Shown: in pieces, positions 13,097-26,722 of the stretch
How the letters are laid out: the number at the start of each line of letters is the position of its first letter
Position numbering within the stretch: position 1 is the stretch's first letter
Assembly: GCF_006345805.1 (NCBI RefSeq)
Contig: NC_043004.1
Location: 98,952,001 to 99,016,000 of the forward strand
Length of the DNA stretch: 64,000 nucleotides
Direction: 5' to 3'
From: Octopus sinensis
Lineage: Eukaryota
Program-made: the position numbers and the translations under genes
Notes under the pieces: generated by a model
Seen by the model: the letters and a program-made list of their open reading frames with translations, nothing else
Database searches by the model: none
What the model was told of the DNA's origin: nothing

Positions 13097-13879
13097 TTAA
13101 ACATAGTATGTCCAGAAGAGATGTTATCTTTGGATAAATACCGCAGTAAATTTGCCTATCATGATGGACTTATATTAAGCATGATATATAAAGAGCTAAT
13201 TAGATATTGTAATTATAAGGTCTTGTAATTATAGAATTATTGTCATTTCAATAATTTATCTACTTATCTGTCTGTCAATATATCTGTTTTTATATTTAAC
13301 TATTTATATATTTATATGGATCTCTTGGGCAATGTGTCGATCTACCTGCATGTATATGTGTGAGTGTATATACACACATATCCATTTAGACTAAACATAT
13401 CATACATGCATGGGACCATGGGCTTAACTATTCATTTCATATATGTGTGCACATATACAGACAAAATGATATACGCATCATACAATAGGTACTATTTAAC
13501 CTACACACAAACGAAAACCTTGCATATTTCGCTAAACCTTGCTACACACACACATACATACACACACACACCCATACACATGCATATATACACTCAAGTA
13601 CCAGTAATATGTGGTGCCTACTCTTCCTTTTACTTCCCCTTACAACCAGTTTCTTTCTCCTCCACCCTTTCCCACTTCTGTTCATTTGCTTTTACTATCT
13701 CTAACTACTCATTTTGACAGAGGTCTATATTGTATTCCTAATTCTGGTTGTTCTATTCTACCTAGCTCCCAAACACCCTGTTCCTAGTTGGAAAGAGTTT
13801 CACTTCATTTACAACATCAATAGCAATGAGAATGTCACCTATGACATCCCTACTTGGTGACAAGATATTCTACTATGAT

Positions 13880-15240
13880 GTCTCATAACGATTATATCTA
13901 ACTTGTCTCTCAGGGTGCTTACAATCTGTCACGTATGCACATTTACATTACACATCCAGTGAATCATACTAGCTTCATTTCTTTCAAGCCTACACATGTC
14001 CTCAGCAGTCATGGCCCATGTTTCACTGCCTAGTAGCATGACAGTTCACACACATGCATCATATAGTCTATCATACATCCTGTGTGAGAGGCCCTTAGTT
14101 GCTAGCAGAGGTAGGCACTCCTTGAACTTTGTCCAGGCTATACTTATTCTTGCAGCTACACTCACAGAGCAACCACCCCCACTACAGACTTGGTCACCTA
14201 TGTAGTGGAAGCTATCAACGACTTCTAGTTTTTTCCCCTGGCATGTGATGGAATCTGTTTTCTGTACATTTTCAGTGTTTATTGCCCTTGTGCATCTGCC
14301 ACACACAAAAACGATCTTCTCAGTTAACCTTCCTTTGATATTACTGCACCTTTTATGTGTCCATAACTTACTCTGGGTACGTCGTATGGAGTTTCTACTC
14401 ATGCTTTTCTACAGATCTAGCAGGGCCGTCTACCTGAAGGGGCTTCTGATTTGTCAGCCTTCCTATTTACCAAGACTGTGGTTTTTGCTAGGTTAACCCC
14501 AAGGCCCCTCGATTCTTGACCTTGCTTCTACACCCTAAACTTTGTCTCTAGTTCTGGCTATTAGAGCAAGGTCATCAGCATAGAGGAGCTCTCAGCAGCA
14601 GCCTGTCTTGAATTCCTCTGTTAATGCCTGGAGGACTATAATGAATAAGAAGAGGGCTAAGGACTGATCCTTGGTGAACCCCTACTTCTACCTGGAATTC
14701 TTCACTCTACTCGTTGCCAACCCTCACCTTACTGACAGCATCCCTGTACAGGGCTTGTACAGCTCTTACCAACCACTTGTCTATCCCCAGTTTCTGCCTT
14801 GACCACCAGATAAATGATCAGGGGACCCTATCAAAGGCTTTCTCCAAGTCAACAGAAGCCAAGTACAGAGGTTTATCTTTGGCTAGATATTTCTCTTGCA
14901 GCTGCCTTACCAGAGATTTATCATAAGTGGTGCTTCTGCCTAGCACAAACCCAAACTGTATCTCTTCTAGGCTAACTCTCTCTCTAATTTGTTGGGCTAT
15001 GACCCGCTCTGTAACTTTCATCACCTGATCCAATAATTTGATACTCCTGTAGTTATTTCTATCTAAAGCATTACCTTTATCTTCATAGCAGTTGACTTTG
15101 GTGCTGCTACACCACTCATTGGGTATGACTCCTTCATGAACTGCCTGACTTATGATGCGGGTGACAAGACCATAACCCACATCACCCGATATTTTAAGAA
15201 TCTCAGCGGTGATTCCTGATGTGCCAGGTGCTACCACAGG
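13880..15240 (-). mobile_element. RTE-clade LINE, decayed RT region
   Basis: ORF 14818..15237 carries RT motifs (NYRSIKLL, QFGF..GRSTT, VDLEKAFDRVP). The downstream pieces VDSFHYIGDQV and GSETWAMTAED, with frameshifts and stops, fit RTE ORF2. Confidence 0.92.
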
Positions 15241-15307
15241 AACTATTATGAAAAATATATGAGAAAGATATGATATATAAATTTTTTTGTGCAGTGGTTT
15301 CTTGAGA

Positions 15308-15704
15308 CTCTCTTACTCTTTACTCTTTTACTTGTTTCAGTCATTTGACTGCGGCCATGCTGGAGCACCGCCTTTTAGTCGAGCAAATCGACCCCAGGAC
15401 TTATTCTTTGTAAGCCTAGTACTTATTCTATCGGTCTCTTTTGCCGAACCGCTAAGTTACAGGGACGTAAACACACCGGCATCGGTTGTCAAACGATGTT
15501 GGAGGGACAAACACAGACACACACATATATATACATATATACGACGGGCTTCTTTCAGTTTCCGTCTACCAAATCCACTCACAAGGTTTTGGTCGGCCCA
15601 AGGCTATAGTAGAAGACACTTGCCCAGAGTGCCATGCAGTGGGACTGAACCCGGAATCATGTGGTTGGTAAGCAAGCTAATTACCACACAGCCACTCCTA
15701 CGCC
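15308..15704 (-). mobile_element. SINE family A, full length
   Basis: Reverse complement of the family A sequence. Confidence 0.9.
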
Positions 15705-17694
15705 TGTGTAATTTATTTTAAGGGTTATGCAAGGGTAAAAACGTTGAGAAACACTGATCTAGGTAAATGACCATTTTGGGGTTTCGTATTTGTTGCTGTC
15801 ATGTTAATGACAGTGATGGTTGCAGTAAGAATAGTTTTAATGATGGTGACAATGAAGTGGGGGCTAGAAGCACCATTACTCCCCAAGAAAGGGATAAGAA
15901 AAAATACTGAGAGAAACAAATAAAGAAAAACCAACACTAAAGGAAAAACAGATATGAGAAAAGGAAAATTAATGAAAAGAAAAGAGAGTGAAAATAGTTC
16001 AGGTGTATAAAGTGAAAGTAGAAGTAAAATAGAAAGAGATGCAATAAGTATATGAAAGTTTTAAAAAGGAAAAATATCTTTTAAAAACAAGAACAATAAT
16101 AAAAAGTGAAGGGAATACATGTGTGTGTATGTATATATCTGTGTGAGTTTGTATGTGTGTGTATGTATGTGTGTCTGTATACACACACACATGTATGTAT
16201 ACACATACACATTGTACATACATAAATATAAGAAACAAAACAAGACCTGATTTTTCCTAAAGAATATAATACAAATTGGATTGGTAGAGAGGATTTAAGA
16301 AGGAAAATGGGAAGGCAGGAACGAAACAATAGATTTTTCAACAAAACATTCAATAAATCAATGTTGTATATTTACTGTAGTTTACAGCGAACAATTACAT
16401 CTATTCTCTCTTCCTCTTTCTCTTTCTCTCTCTCTCTCTCTCACTTTCTCTGGGTGGTGTTGTCTTTTGTGTTTACCTTCATTGCTTATATGTGTGTATA
16501 AATGTGTGCATGTCTACATGTGCATGTATTTACGAATATGTGTGCTTGTACAATTATGTGTGCAGGTATATGTATGACTCTGCAGTTAAGAACTTTACTT
16601 CACAACCATGTACTTTTGGGTTTTATTGCACTGCAAAGCACCTTGGGCAAGTGACATTTGTTATAAACTCTGGCAAAATTTGGTTGATGAAAACTGTCGA
16701 GTGGTGACTAAAACTTTTCAACTATAACAGCAAGAGGTGGAGTAACTCAAATGCCTGGGGCAGCAGAAAACTTGTATCATATTTGTCTGAAAGAAAGCAG
16801 AGGATGATTATCACATAAAAATAGTAGTGCTTGCCTGCAAGGATCAGTAAATGTACTGGTACCAGTTACTAGAATGATAACTGTCTTGGAAGAATCTCTG
16901 GAGTACTGGCCAGAATTTGTTGGCCTTCTTCTCATGTGTGTAGGACTAACTCCTTCCCAACTGCAAAGAAACTAAAAATTGTGTCTCAAAGAAAAGGACA
17001 GATTATGCAAACTTAAATTTTGTTTTTTGAACAAATATCCCAAAGCAGTGTGGAAAGGCCTGCATGACAGGGTCCTTACAGGAAATACTAAATGAATTAC
17101 TTGCAGAGTTAAACCCAACAAACTGCAGGGATCACTACCCCAAAATGTCAATTTTTAAAGGGAAGGTAATAAGTTATTGAAGACAAGATGAACTGTGGTA
17201 AATCTATGTATAATTTGGCATTGTATCAGAGATACAAGTGAACTTCAAAAAAAAAAAAAAAAAAAAACTCATTTATGCAGAAAAAGTGGGAGTAAGTTCA
17301 CTCTTAGCAGACATGGTTATTTTATCCAGAAGCATAAAACTATATTTGTAACTGAATTTGCACTGTTCTGGAAGAACGGACTTGTCATAGTTCACCATAT
17401 GAAGAAACCTAACAACCAGGACTTGATACATCAGGCTCTTGTTAAAGAATAGCATGCTACATGCTTTCCCTTTGAAGTTAGAGGCTTTTCATGATAACAT
17501 CAGCTATGGCAATTTTCCAGTGAGATCATTGTTCTATTTCTAGTAAAATAATAGCTTGGAACTCAAACATCTGACGAAACCTATTGAAGGAAAAGTCATG
17601 TTAGTTGAAAACAGTTCAAGATAAATAATGCTGAAAAGAGATTGCTGGCAGGATGCTTCAACAGGTGAAGTTTTTGCTGCCCCACTCAGACAAG

Positions 17695-18014
17695 ACAAAA
17701 CCCCACTTCAGCCATGAATAACCATGGGACTGCACCTACAAATTTCTCTTCAAGGTACAAGTCTGGGTAAGGTTTTTCTTTGTGAGGGGCTAGCAGTTGC
17801 CCATGCATACCAGGCTCCCTTCTCTATGCCACCAATGTTACCCAAGGGAAACGCAATGGCTATATACACCAATTCATTTCTACAGCTGAGTTAATTGGAG
17901 CAACATGAAATATAGTGTTCTGCTTAAGAACACAACACACAACCCACTCAGGGAATTGAACGCACCACCTCATGATTGTGACTCTGACATTCTAACCACT
18001 GAGCCATTCATCTT
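17695..18014 (-). mobile_element. tRNA-derived SINE, family E, with 12-bp TSD
   Basis: Minus-strand head TGGCTCAGTGGTTAGAATG...GTTCAATTCCC; TSD CACTCAGACAAG at 17683-17694 and 18015-18026. Confidence 0.75.
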
Positions 18015-18425
18015 CACTCAGACAAGGTACACTGACAAGAAACACTTATGATCTTGGTATACCTACCTGAAAAGGTTTCCTAGCTAGGTTCCTTAGAAGC
18101 TGCATAAATACATAGCTATGCAGTCATGGCATTGATGCTGTGAATATTAAAATACTGTTGCCATTCATCTAAATTTATAAACATGTGATTGATAATCTGC
18201 ATTAAAGTTTTCAATATTAAAATATCTTTGTTCAAATATATTGGTCAGTAGTTGTACTCAGCAGTTGGGAAAAATTAGCAGGAATGTTGGTTAGGTGCTT
18301 TCCCTATTGAAATCAGTTACTGCAGTTTCCCAGCAAGATCGAGGTGCTATTTCTTGAAAAACTTTAGCTTGGAACTCAAGCATCTGAAGAAACCTATTGA
18401 AGTTGGTTCCTGAATATGCAATTTA

Positions 18426-18958
18426 TTGGGTTGTCCAGAAGGTTCGTGCCGATTTATAGTAGCTTACATTTTGACTTATTTTAGAACATGGTTGAGTCCA
18501 AAAAGTAGGATTTGACTACAACTCCATGTAGAGCACAGTTTAAGCTATCTTTTCTTGGAAGAAGGTTTATGTTCCTACAACCTGTGTTAATTCTGTAACC
18601 CTTTAAAATGGAAGATAAGAAAGTTCAAAATTGCTGCAGCTCAGCTGGGATGTGTTACCCCACCCTACATATTCACCACATATTGCTCCTTTGGATTTCC
18701 ACTTATTCAGGTCTCTGCAGAATAGTCTTAATGGTAAAAATTTCAATTCCTTGGATGATGCAAAAAGATACCTTGATGAATTCTTTGCCATGAAACTACC
18801 TCAGTTCTGGGAAGAAGGTATTTTAAAGTTAAAGGAAAGATGGAGACACATTGTGCAACAAAATGGTTCATATTTGGTTGATTAAAAATGTAATGGCAAG
18901 TATTTATTGACCTTTTTCTTTCCTCTAAAAACCGTCACAAACTTTCCGGACAACCCAA
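18426..18958 (+). mobile_element. Internally deleted mariner element (TIRs, TA TSD, transposase C-terminus)
   Basis: TIRs TTGGGTTGTCCAGAAGGTTCGTGCCGATTT / reverse complement TTGGGTTGTCCGGAAAGTTTGTGACGGTTT (25/30), TA flanks. ORF 18631..18885 HPTYSPHIAPLDFHLFRSLQNSL matches the mariner YSPDLAPxDYHLF motif. Confidence 0.92.
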
Positions 18959-18984
18959 TAATTTGGTTATTTCAATCATGAACA

Positions 18985-19089
18985 AAACGAACTTACAGCA
19001 TGGCACATTGGGCAAGTGTCTTCTACTGTAGCCTCAGGACAACCAAAGCCTTGTGAGTGGATTTGGTTGACGGAAACTGAAAGAAACCT

Positions 19090-19149
<60 letters not shown>

Positions 19150-19185
19150 ATATATGTATTATATGTATATATATATATATACATA

Positions 19186-19262
<77 letters not shown>

Positions 19263-19286
19263 ATGTATATATATATATATATACAT

Positions 19287-19335
<49 letters not shown>

Positions 19336-19440
19336 AGGTTTCTTTCAGTTTCCGTCAACCAAATCCACTCACAAGGCTTTGGTTGTCCTGAGGCTACAGT
19401 AGAAGACACTTGCCCAATGTGCCATGCTGTAAGTTCGTTT
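18985..19440. repeat. Perfect 108-bp inverted repeat around a ~240-bp (TA)n tract
   Basis: 18985-19092 is the exact reverse complement of 19333-19440. Confidence 0.97.
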
Positions 19441-19976
19441 CCATGCTTGTATGGCTCAGAGGGAATTTGTTGAGGAAGATTTTTCTATGGGGAGAGGCCT
19501 TTCCTGTCATCAAACCTCACCTGTTTCCAAGCAAGGGGATATTTTCTATATAACAATACATGATTTTCATGTTTGAAATGAAGAATCTTGGTTGTATTAC
19601 AGTAATGCTCATTTGCAACCATTGCACGATGTATAGATAGGTACAAATAAATATATTCACCCACACACATACATATACATATATAAGTGTGGTGGGCTTC
19701 TTTCAGTTTCTGTCTACCATATTCACTTACATGGCTTTAGTAGATGGGGGTGGGGGGACACTTGCCCAAGGAACCATGTAGGGAGATTGAACCCAAGATC
19801 ACGTGGTTGAGAACTAGACTTCTCAAAAAACAGCCATACCTAGAAAGATCAAGAGATGCGGATAAATCTATATTGTTTGTAAATTTACATACCCTTGCCC
19901 ATGCACACATTGGTCTATATAATGCATCATTCTGGCATATTTGCGCAAAATTTGCTTGTACACACAGAGGCATGCA

Positions 19977-19978
<2 letters not shown>

Positions 19979-20032
<54 letters not shown>

Positions 20033-20470
20033 CATCTATCTATCTGCATCCTTTTTTTGTTGGTCTGTCGATCTATCTATCTATTTATCTTTATGTGTGT
20101 ATGTCTCTGTATATATATGTATGAATTCACACACTTCATACATACAGCATAATGCATACATATATATACATACATAATACATACATACATATTACATACA
20201 TACATATATACATACATATATACATACACACATACATACGGACATACATATATACATACATATGAATTCACATATATACATACATATGAATTCACACATT
20301 TCATACATACATACATAATGCATACATACATACATACATACATACATACATACATACATACATACATACATACATACATACATACATGCATGCATACATA
20401 CATAATGCATACATACATACACACATACATACATACATACATACATACATACATACATACATACATACAT
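19979..20470. repeat. (TCTA)n and (TACA)n tetranucleotide microsatellites
   Basis: Directly visible arrays. Confidence 0.95.
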
Positions 20471-21368
20471 AAGCAATAGTATTTAGCTTATAAATATTTT
20501 AAAAATATATACATATATAAATATGTATGTGCAACTGCGTATGTGCATCTTTCATGTTCGTTTATGTGTGAAAATATTTAGAAATAAGTATGTGTGAGAG
20601 CACATCACTTAAGTGAATTAACACGTATAGTATTCCCTGAAATAATTCAATTATATCTGTATATCTGTATATCTGTTATATATCTATGTAGTTCTCTCTC
20701 ACTCTCTTTATATACATGTGCATGTTTATGTGAGATTGTCTTTCAGTGATTTCTCAGAGTTTTACCATATACAGTTAAACTCTGTATTCCAGACATGTTT
20801 ACAACATAATCTTTGAACGTGATACTCTGATATGTAACACAATAGAAGGCGCCAAATAGACCAGCCCTTATCTATATAGCTGATGTTGAAAGCCTCTATA
20901 TCAGCAGGAATGTGAAGAAAACCAAATGAAATGATTAAAAATATCATTAAACATCATTCTATCACAACAACCACAAAAGACCACCAATGCCACCACCACC
21001 ACTACCACCACCACCACCACAACCACCAGTCGCAGCCTTTACTTATATATCACTACTCAAATTACCCTACTTATCTTAATGAGCATCACAATACCAAATA
21101 CCCCATCCCCAGTCATACAGTTCCCACTTTCTGATAGGCCTTGCTGCCCTTTCATGCTACTAGACAACAAGAAAACTGAACATCTCGAGAATTTTTCTAA
21201 ATTTACAAAGCTACCAAGAATATTATTACATTTCTTATTAATACAAGGCCACATATTTTATGGCGATGACATCATCAAATGAACTGACTCCAATGGTTAA
21301 CTGTTGCTTTATAATAACCAACACAGACAAATAAAACTGTATTGTGGTACTAATTGATTCCAGTATAT

Positions 21369-21967
21369 ATTTCTTTACTACCCACAAGGGGCTAAACACA
21401 GAGAGGACAAACAAGGACAGACAAACGGATTAAGTCGATTATATCGACCCCAGTGTGTAACTGGTACTTAATTTATCAACCCCGAAAGGATGAAAGGCAC
21501 AGTCGACCTCGGCAGAATTTGAACTCAGAACGTAGCGGCAGACGAAATACCTATTTCTTTACTACCCACAAGGGGCTAAACACAGAGAGGACAAACAAGG
21601 ACAGACAAACGGATTAAGTCGATTATATCGACCCCAGTGTGTAACTGGTACTTAATTTATCAACCCCGAAAGGATGAAAGGCACAGTCGACCTCGGCAGA
21701 ATTTGAACTCAGAACGTAGCGGCAGACGAAATACCTATTTCTTTACTACCCACAAGGGGCTAAACACAGAGAGGACAAACAAGGACAGACAAACGGATTA
21801 AGTCGATCATATCGACCCCAGTGCGTAACTGGCACTTAATTTATCGACCCCCGAAAGGATGAAAGGCAAAGTCGACCTCGGCAGAATTTGAACTCAGAAC
21901 GTAACAGCAGACGAAATACGGCTACGCATTTCACCCGGCGTGCTAACCTTTCTGCCAGCTTGCCGCC
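21369..21967 (-). mobile_element. SINE family B trimer (one head, three 184-bp units) with 18-bp TSD
   Basis: Unit period 184 (C at 21373, 21557, 21741); TSD TAATTGATTCCAGTATAT at 21351-21368 and 21968-21985. Confidence 0.93.
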
Positions 21968-22005
21968 TAATTGATTCCAGTATATCAACATCATCATCGT
22001 CGTCG

Positions 22006-22042
<37 letters not shown>

Positions 22043-22967
22043 TTTAGCATCCATTCTTCCATGCTTGCCCGAGTAGGACTGAATTTATTGAGGTAGTTTT
22101 TCTGAAAGCAGGATGACTTTCTTGTCACCAACCTTCATTTTTTTTTCTTTTTCAAGCAAGGTAATATTTACCTTTGTCCAGGCATGATTTTTGCAGAATA
22201 CTGAGAAGGAAGGACTCTGCTTGTATGACAGGGTGACTCATTTCCAACAATCATATGCTGTTAAAATAGGGTGGCACATACACACACATGCACATACCTA
22301 TATATATATATGCATGAGGCTTCGTTCAGTTTCCACCTACCAAATCCACTCATAAGGTTTTGATCAGCTTGAAGTTATAGTAGAAGACACCTGCGAAATG
22401 TTTCATGCAGGAAAGCTGAACCTGAAGCCATGTAGTGGGGAAACAACCTTTTTAATCACACACCCATAACTGTACCCATGTAAAAGAATATAGCTAACTA
22501 GGAGGTAGTATTTTGCATGCTAGTCTATAAAATTCAGTCGTTAGCCACCCCTTTACCAAAACTGTGATCTAAACACCACTCAACTAGCTTATATAATTCT
22601 CTGCTATCTTTATATACCCTCAATCCTTTTATAATAGGGTGCTCCTCAGTTCAGTTATTGCAGAAATTGATGTTACCATACAACTTCCTGTGATTCATAA
22701 AATAAAATACCATCCACCAAATTTGAATTATTAGAAAACAAAATGTATGTATTCAGTATTATGAGGTTAAAAGTAATGGAATACAGATCAGAGAAGCATG
22801 AGTCTGAATCATATAACACCACTGTTTGTTTTCCTTTCAAGTAAAGTACATCACAATGATGGCTCCAGAATGCTACCCGGTCTCAGATATGGCAGCTTTG
22901 GGAGAGAAAACAAAAAACAAAGTAAAAAATAAACCATTTCATTGAACACATTCCTTTAGAACAGTAC

Positions 22968-23172
22968 TGGCAGAAACGTTAGCACGCCGGGCGAAATGCG
23001 TAGCCGTATTTCGTCTGCCGTTGCATTCTGAGTTCAAATTCCACTGAGGTCGACTTTGTCTTTCATCCTTTCGGGGGTCGATAAATTAAGTACGAGTTAT
23101 GCACTTAATCCGTTTGTCTGTCCTTGTTTGTCCCCTCTGTGTTTAGCCCCTTGTGGGTAGTAAAGAAATAAG
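22968..23172 (+). mobile_element. SINE family B monomer
   Basis: TGGCAGAAACGTTAGCACGCCGGGCG...GAGTTCAAATTCC...CCCCTTGTGGGTAGTAAAGAAATAAG. Confidence 0.85.
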
Positions 23173-23944
23173 TACTGAGTATATCCCTTGGTTTCTGACA
23201 CAACAATTATCTTCAATTTTCATTTATCATCTTTTACTTGTTTCAGTCATTGGACTGCAGCCTTGCTGGGGTACCACCTTGAAGGGTTTACAACCCCAGT
23301 ACTTATCTGTTAAACCTGATATTTATCATATTAGTTGCTTTTGCTGTATTGCTAGGTTATGGAGAAGTTAACAAACTAACACCATGTCAAGCAGTGGAGT
23401 GACATGAAAAGAAAAATATACACACTTATACATACAGCCATCTGAGTACACTCCCCACCACACACAGACATGTACATATTTATATACATACATGCAATTA
23501 TGTTTGAAAGCAATCCACAAGTGATTTCATTTATTTATATATGTATGTATGTATCGCAAGAATAGGGATTCAAAATATCTGAGTGTTCACATAAAGCTCC
23601 TCACCAAGAGCATGGCTATCAATAAAAACTGAATATATTTCTTGTCTGTAATATGTAATGAAACTGCTTGCTATCTGCTGTAGAGTTGATGTTTTAACCT
23701 ACCATGAAGTGTTCTGAAGAGTAGTTTGTTAGTTATATTATGTCACACTTACCAGGTTGAGTCAAAAGTGTTTTCAGATATTCACTAATCATTTCTGGCA
23801 GCTTGTATCCCCAGGTTATATCATTAATTTGATACAACTTTTTGTCCAATTGTTGCTGAATTGTTTTTGTTTTTTTTTTCATTTTCATGCATAACATATA
23901 AACTATAATTGTTTATTCTTTATTTCACAACTTTGATAATGTTA

Positions 23945-24234
23945 TTTGTTCCTTCTCGAGCCATGCCTGGCTCATAGGGCCGGTTTCCCAGTTTCCTTGG
24001 TGTATAGGTTCCTCACCTGGATGGGACACCGGTCTGTCACAGGTGAGCTGCAAGATACAGGAGGAAAGAGTGAAAGAAAGTTGTGGTGAAAGAGTCAGCA
24101 GAAGTTCACCATTACCTTCTGCCAGAACTGCATGGAGCTTTGGTGTTTCACTCATAAATACACACATTGTCCGGTCTGAGATTCGAACCTATGATCCCTC
24201 GACTGTGAGTCCACTGCTCTAACCACTAGGCCAC
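23945..24234 (-). mobile_element. SINE family C (tail type 1 variant)
   Basis: Minus-strand head TGGCCTAGTGGTTAGAGCAGTGGACTC...GGTTCGAATC; shared core AAAGCTCCATGCAG. Confidence 0.8.
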
Positions 24235-24359
24235 ACAACTTTAATAATGAGTGGTGCAAAAAATTTGCTATTAGAGCTATATTAAGTTATCTGTGGAAAA
24301 AAGGACAGTGGGCAAGAGCAGAAGCAAAAGAAATACCAGCCTCTGAGACAAACCAAAAT

Positions 24360-24530
24360 TGGTGAAATCTGTGTTGTAGAAGATGAGGCTTTGCTTGAAA
24401 TGGTTGAACAGCCAAGCACTCATACATTGTCTGCAGAATTTAGTCCTTTGCAGACACCATCCATCAAAAGCTCAATCTTGTGATCAGATGCTATCAAGAA
24501 GCTCCTCGGGAACTGACCAATGACCAGCAC
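24360..24530 (+). mobile_element. Mariner transposase N-terminal relic
   Basis: Frameshifted translation VVEDEALLEMVEQPSTHTLSAEF...EAPRELT resembles the mariner second HTH and the VPHELT motif. Confidence 0.5.
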
Positions 24531-24869
24531 ATTGGATTATACACTCAGCAGTATTTCTTCTAGCACTGTATGCTTTCTGAGTTCATGTCAAGTCAAATTT
24601 ACCTATTAGCCTTCTGGGTCAATAAAATAATGTACTAGTCAGATACTAGGGTCGGTGTAATTGACTTGCATCCTCCACTCATATTGCTGTCATTTTGCCA
24701 AAATCAGTAAGAATTGTTAATATCATGTCTCCGTTGCACTCTAGTATAACAGAAATATATAAACATAAAGCTATGTTATAATTGTGAAACTGATCGAGAT
24801 GATATATTATGATGATTATGATGATGGAAGGATGGTGGCATGGTGGCAGTGGGAATGGTTATGATGAGA

Positions 24870-24903
<34 letters not shown>

Positions 24904-25214
24904 CGATGGTGATGACAAGGTAAAGTGTTGAATGGAGAAGGAAGTTGAGAAGTAGGGTGAGAAAACACACAGAGTTGACAATACAGATGTTTCCCTCGTT
25001 CTATTGAAATGGTAGGTCTAATTAATAGCAAAATAGATGTGAGAAATATAAAAAAAACAAACAAAAGAAAAATAAAACAAAGATATACTAAAAAAAGGAC
25101 AAGAAACATAAACACACACACACACTAGTCTATATATATATATATATAATATATATATATATATTATATATATATATACACATATATAGACATATATATA
25201 TGTTCATATATATA

Positions 25215-25367
<153 letters not shown>

Positions 25368-26193
25368 AAACGCAAAAGCAGTTATTGTTTCATATCATGG
25401 TATAAATTTACCATAATCATTGAAATTAGGTGGATGGATGTGTGGTTGAGTAAATATGCGTGTATGTGTGTGTGTGTGTGCATGGGTTTTTGTGTCTCTG
25501 TATGGGGTGTGTGCATGTGAATGAGTGCGTATTGTTGGAAATTGTAGGTGTGTTTTTGTGTACATCAACAGAAAGACATGATTTCAATTACAAATGTAAG
25601 ACACTAATTATATGAAGACACAGGAGAACAACTATTCATACATGTGGTGTGTGTGTGCATGTGTGTGTGTGTGTGTGTAAATGTGTGCATGTATATATAT
25701 ATATGCATATATTTATATAATATATATATTTATATGATGTATATGTATATATAAATGTATATATACATTCACACTTTATATAAATATATGTATGTACAAA
25801 TATAAACATACATGTGTATATACATGTGTGTGTGTGAGTGTGCATGTGTGCATCTGTGTGTGTGTATATATGTGTATATATATGCATATATTTATATAAT
25901 ATATATATTTTTATGATGTATATGTATATATAAATATATATATACATGCACATTTTATATGAATATATATATGTACAAATATAAACCTACATATGTATAG
26001 ACATGTGTATGTGTGTGTGTGTGTGTGAGTGTGCATATCTTTTGTTCAGAAGGAGAGGAGTTAAGGACATTCAGGAGTGGTATGTGTTGTTTTGCAGAAA
26101 AACAAACGATTAGTATAAGTAAATAAGAGGAAATCCTATATAAATATATACATACATACATACATATGCTCACATACAAATTCACACACACAG

Positions 26194-26234
<41 letters not shown>

Positions 26235-26262
26235 CATATATATATATATCACTATTTATATA

Positions 26263-26294
<32 letters not shown>

Positions 26295-26302
26295 CATATA
26301 TA

Positions 26303-26348
<46 letters not shown>

Positions 26349-26443
26349 TTTCTCTCTCATCAGTAAAATAGCTATAATATACTAATTAAGCAAACTGGTG
26401 TACCAGTTTATGCCTCCTGGATACTGATATGCTGTTGTAGTTG

Positions 26444-26481
<38 letters not shown>

Positions 26482-26722
26482 TCTGCAAAACAATATTTGG
26501 AAGAAATAAAAAGTAAAAAGTGGTTCTTTTCAGGGAGTTGATTGAATAAGAGAATAAGCGAATGACTGAATAATGGTAACGGGAATTGCTGGAAGGCAAC
26601 CAAACACCACCAACAATATAAAGTCATTAATGTATATGTATATATATTTGTGTTGTATGTATATATATAAATAGAGAGAGAGAGAGAGAGATATACAGAT
26701 ATATATATATATATATATATAT

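Noticed and set aside
20767-20900. Minus-strand open frames, one ending QSLTVYG at a GTAAAA donor (Ig-exon-like ending)
   Set aside because: That frame has no credible acceptor, and the frame with a good acceptor resembles no known protein; chance is plausible.
26047-26076. 30-nt candidate micro-exon (TTTTGTTCAG ... GTATGT); similar candidates at 43774-43819 and near 62560
   Set aside because: Splice-like signals alone are common in 64 kb of AT-rich DNA, and there is no protein similarity or linkage.
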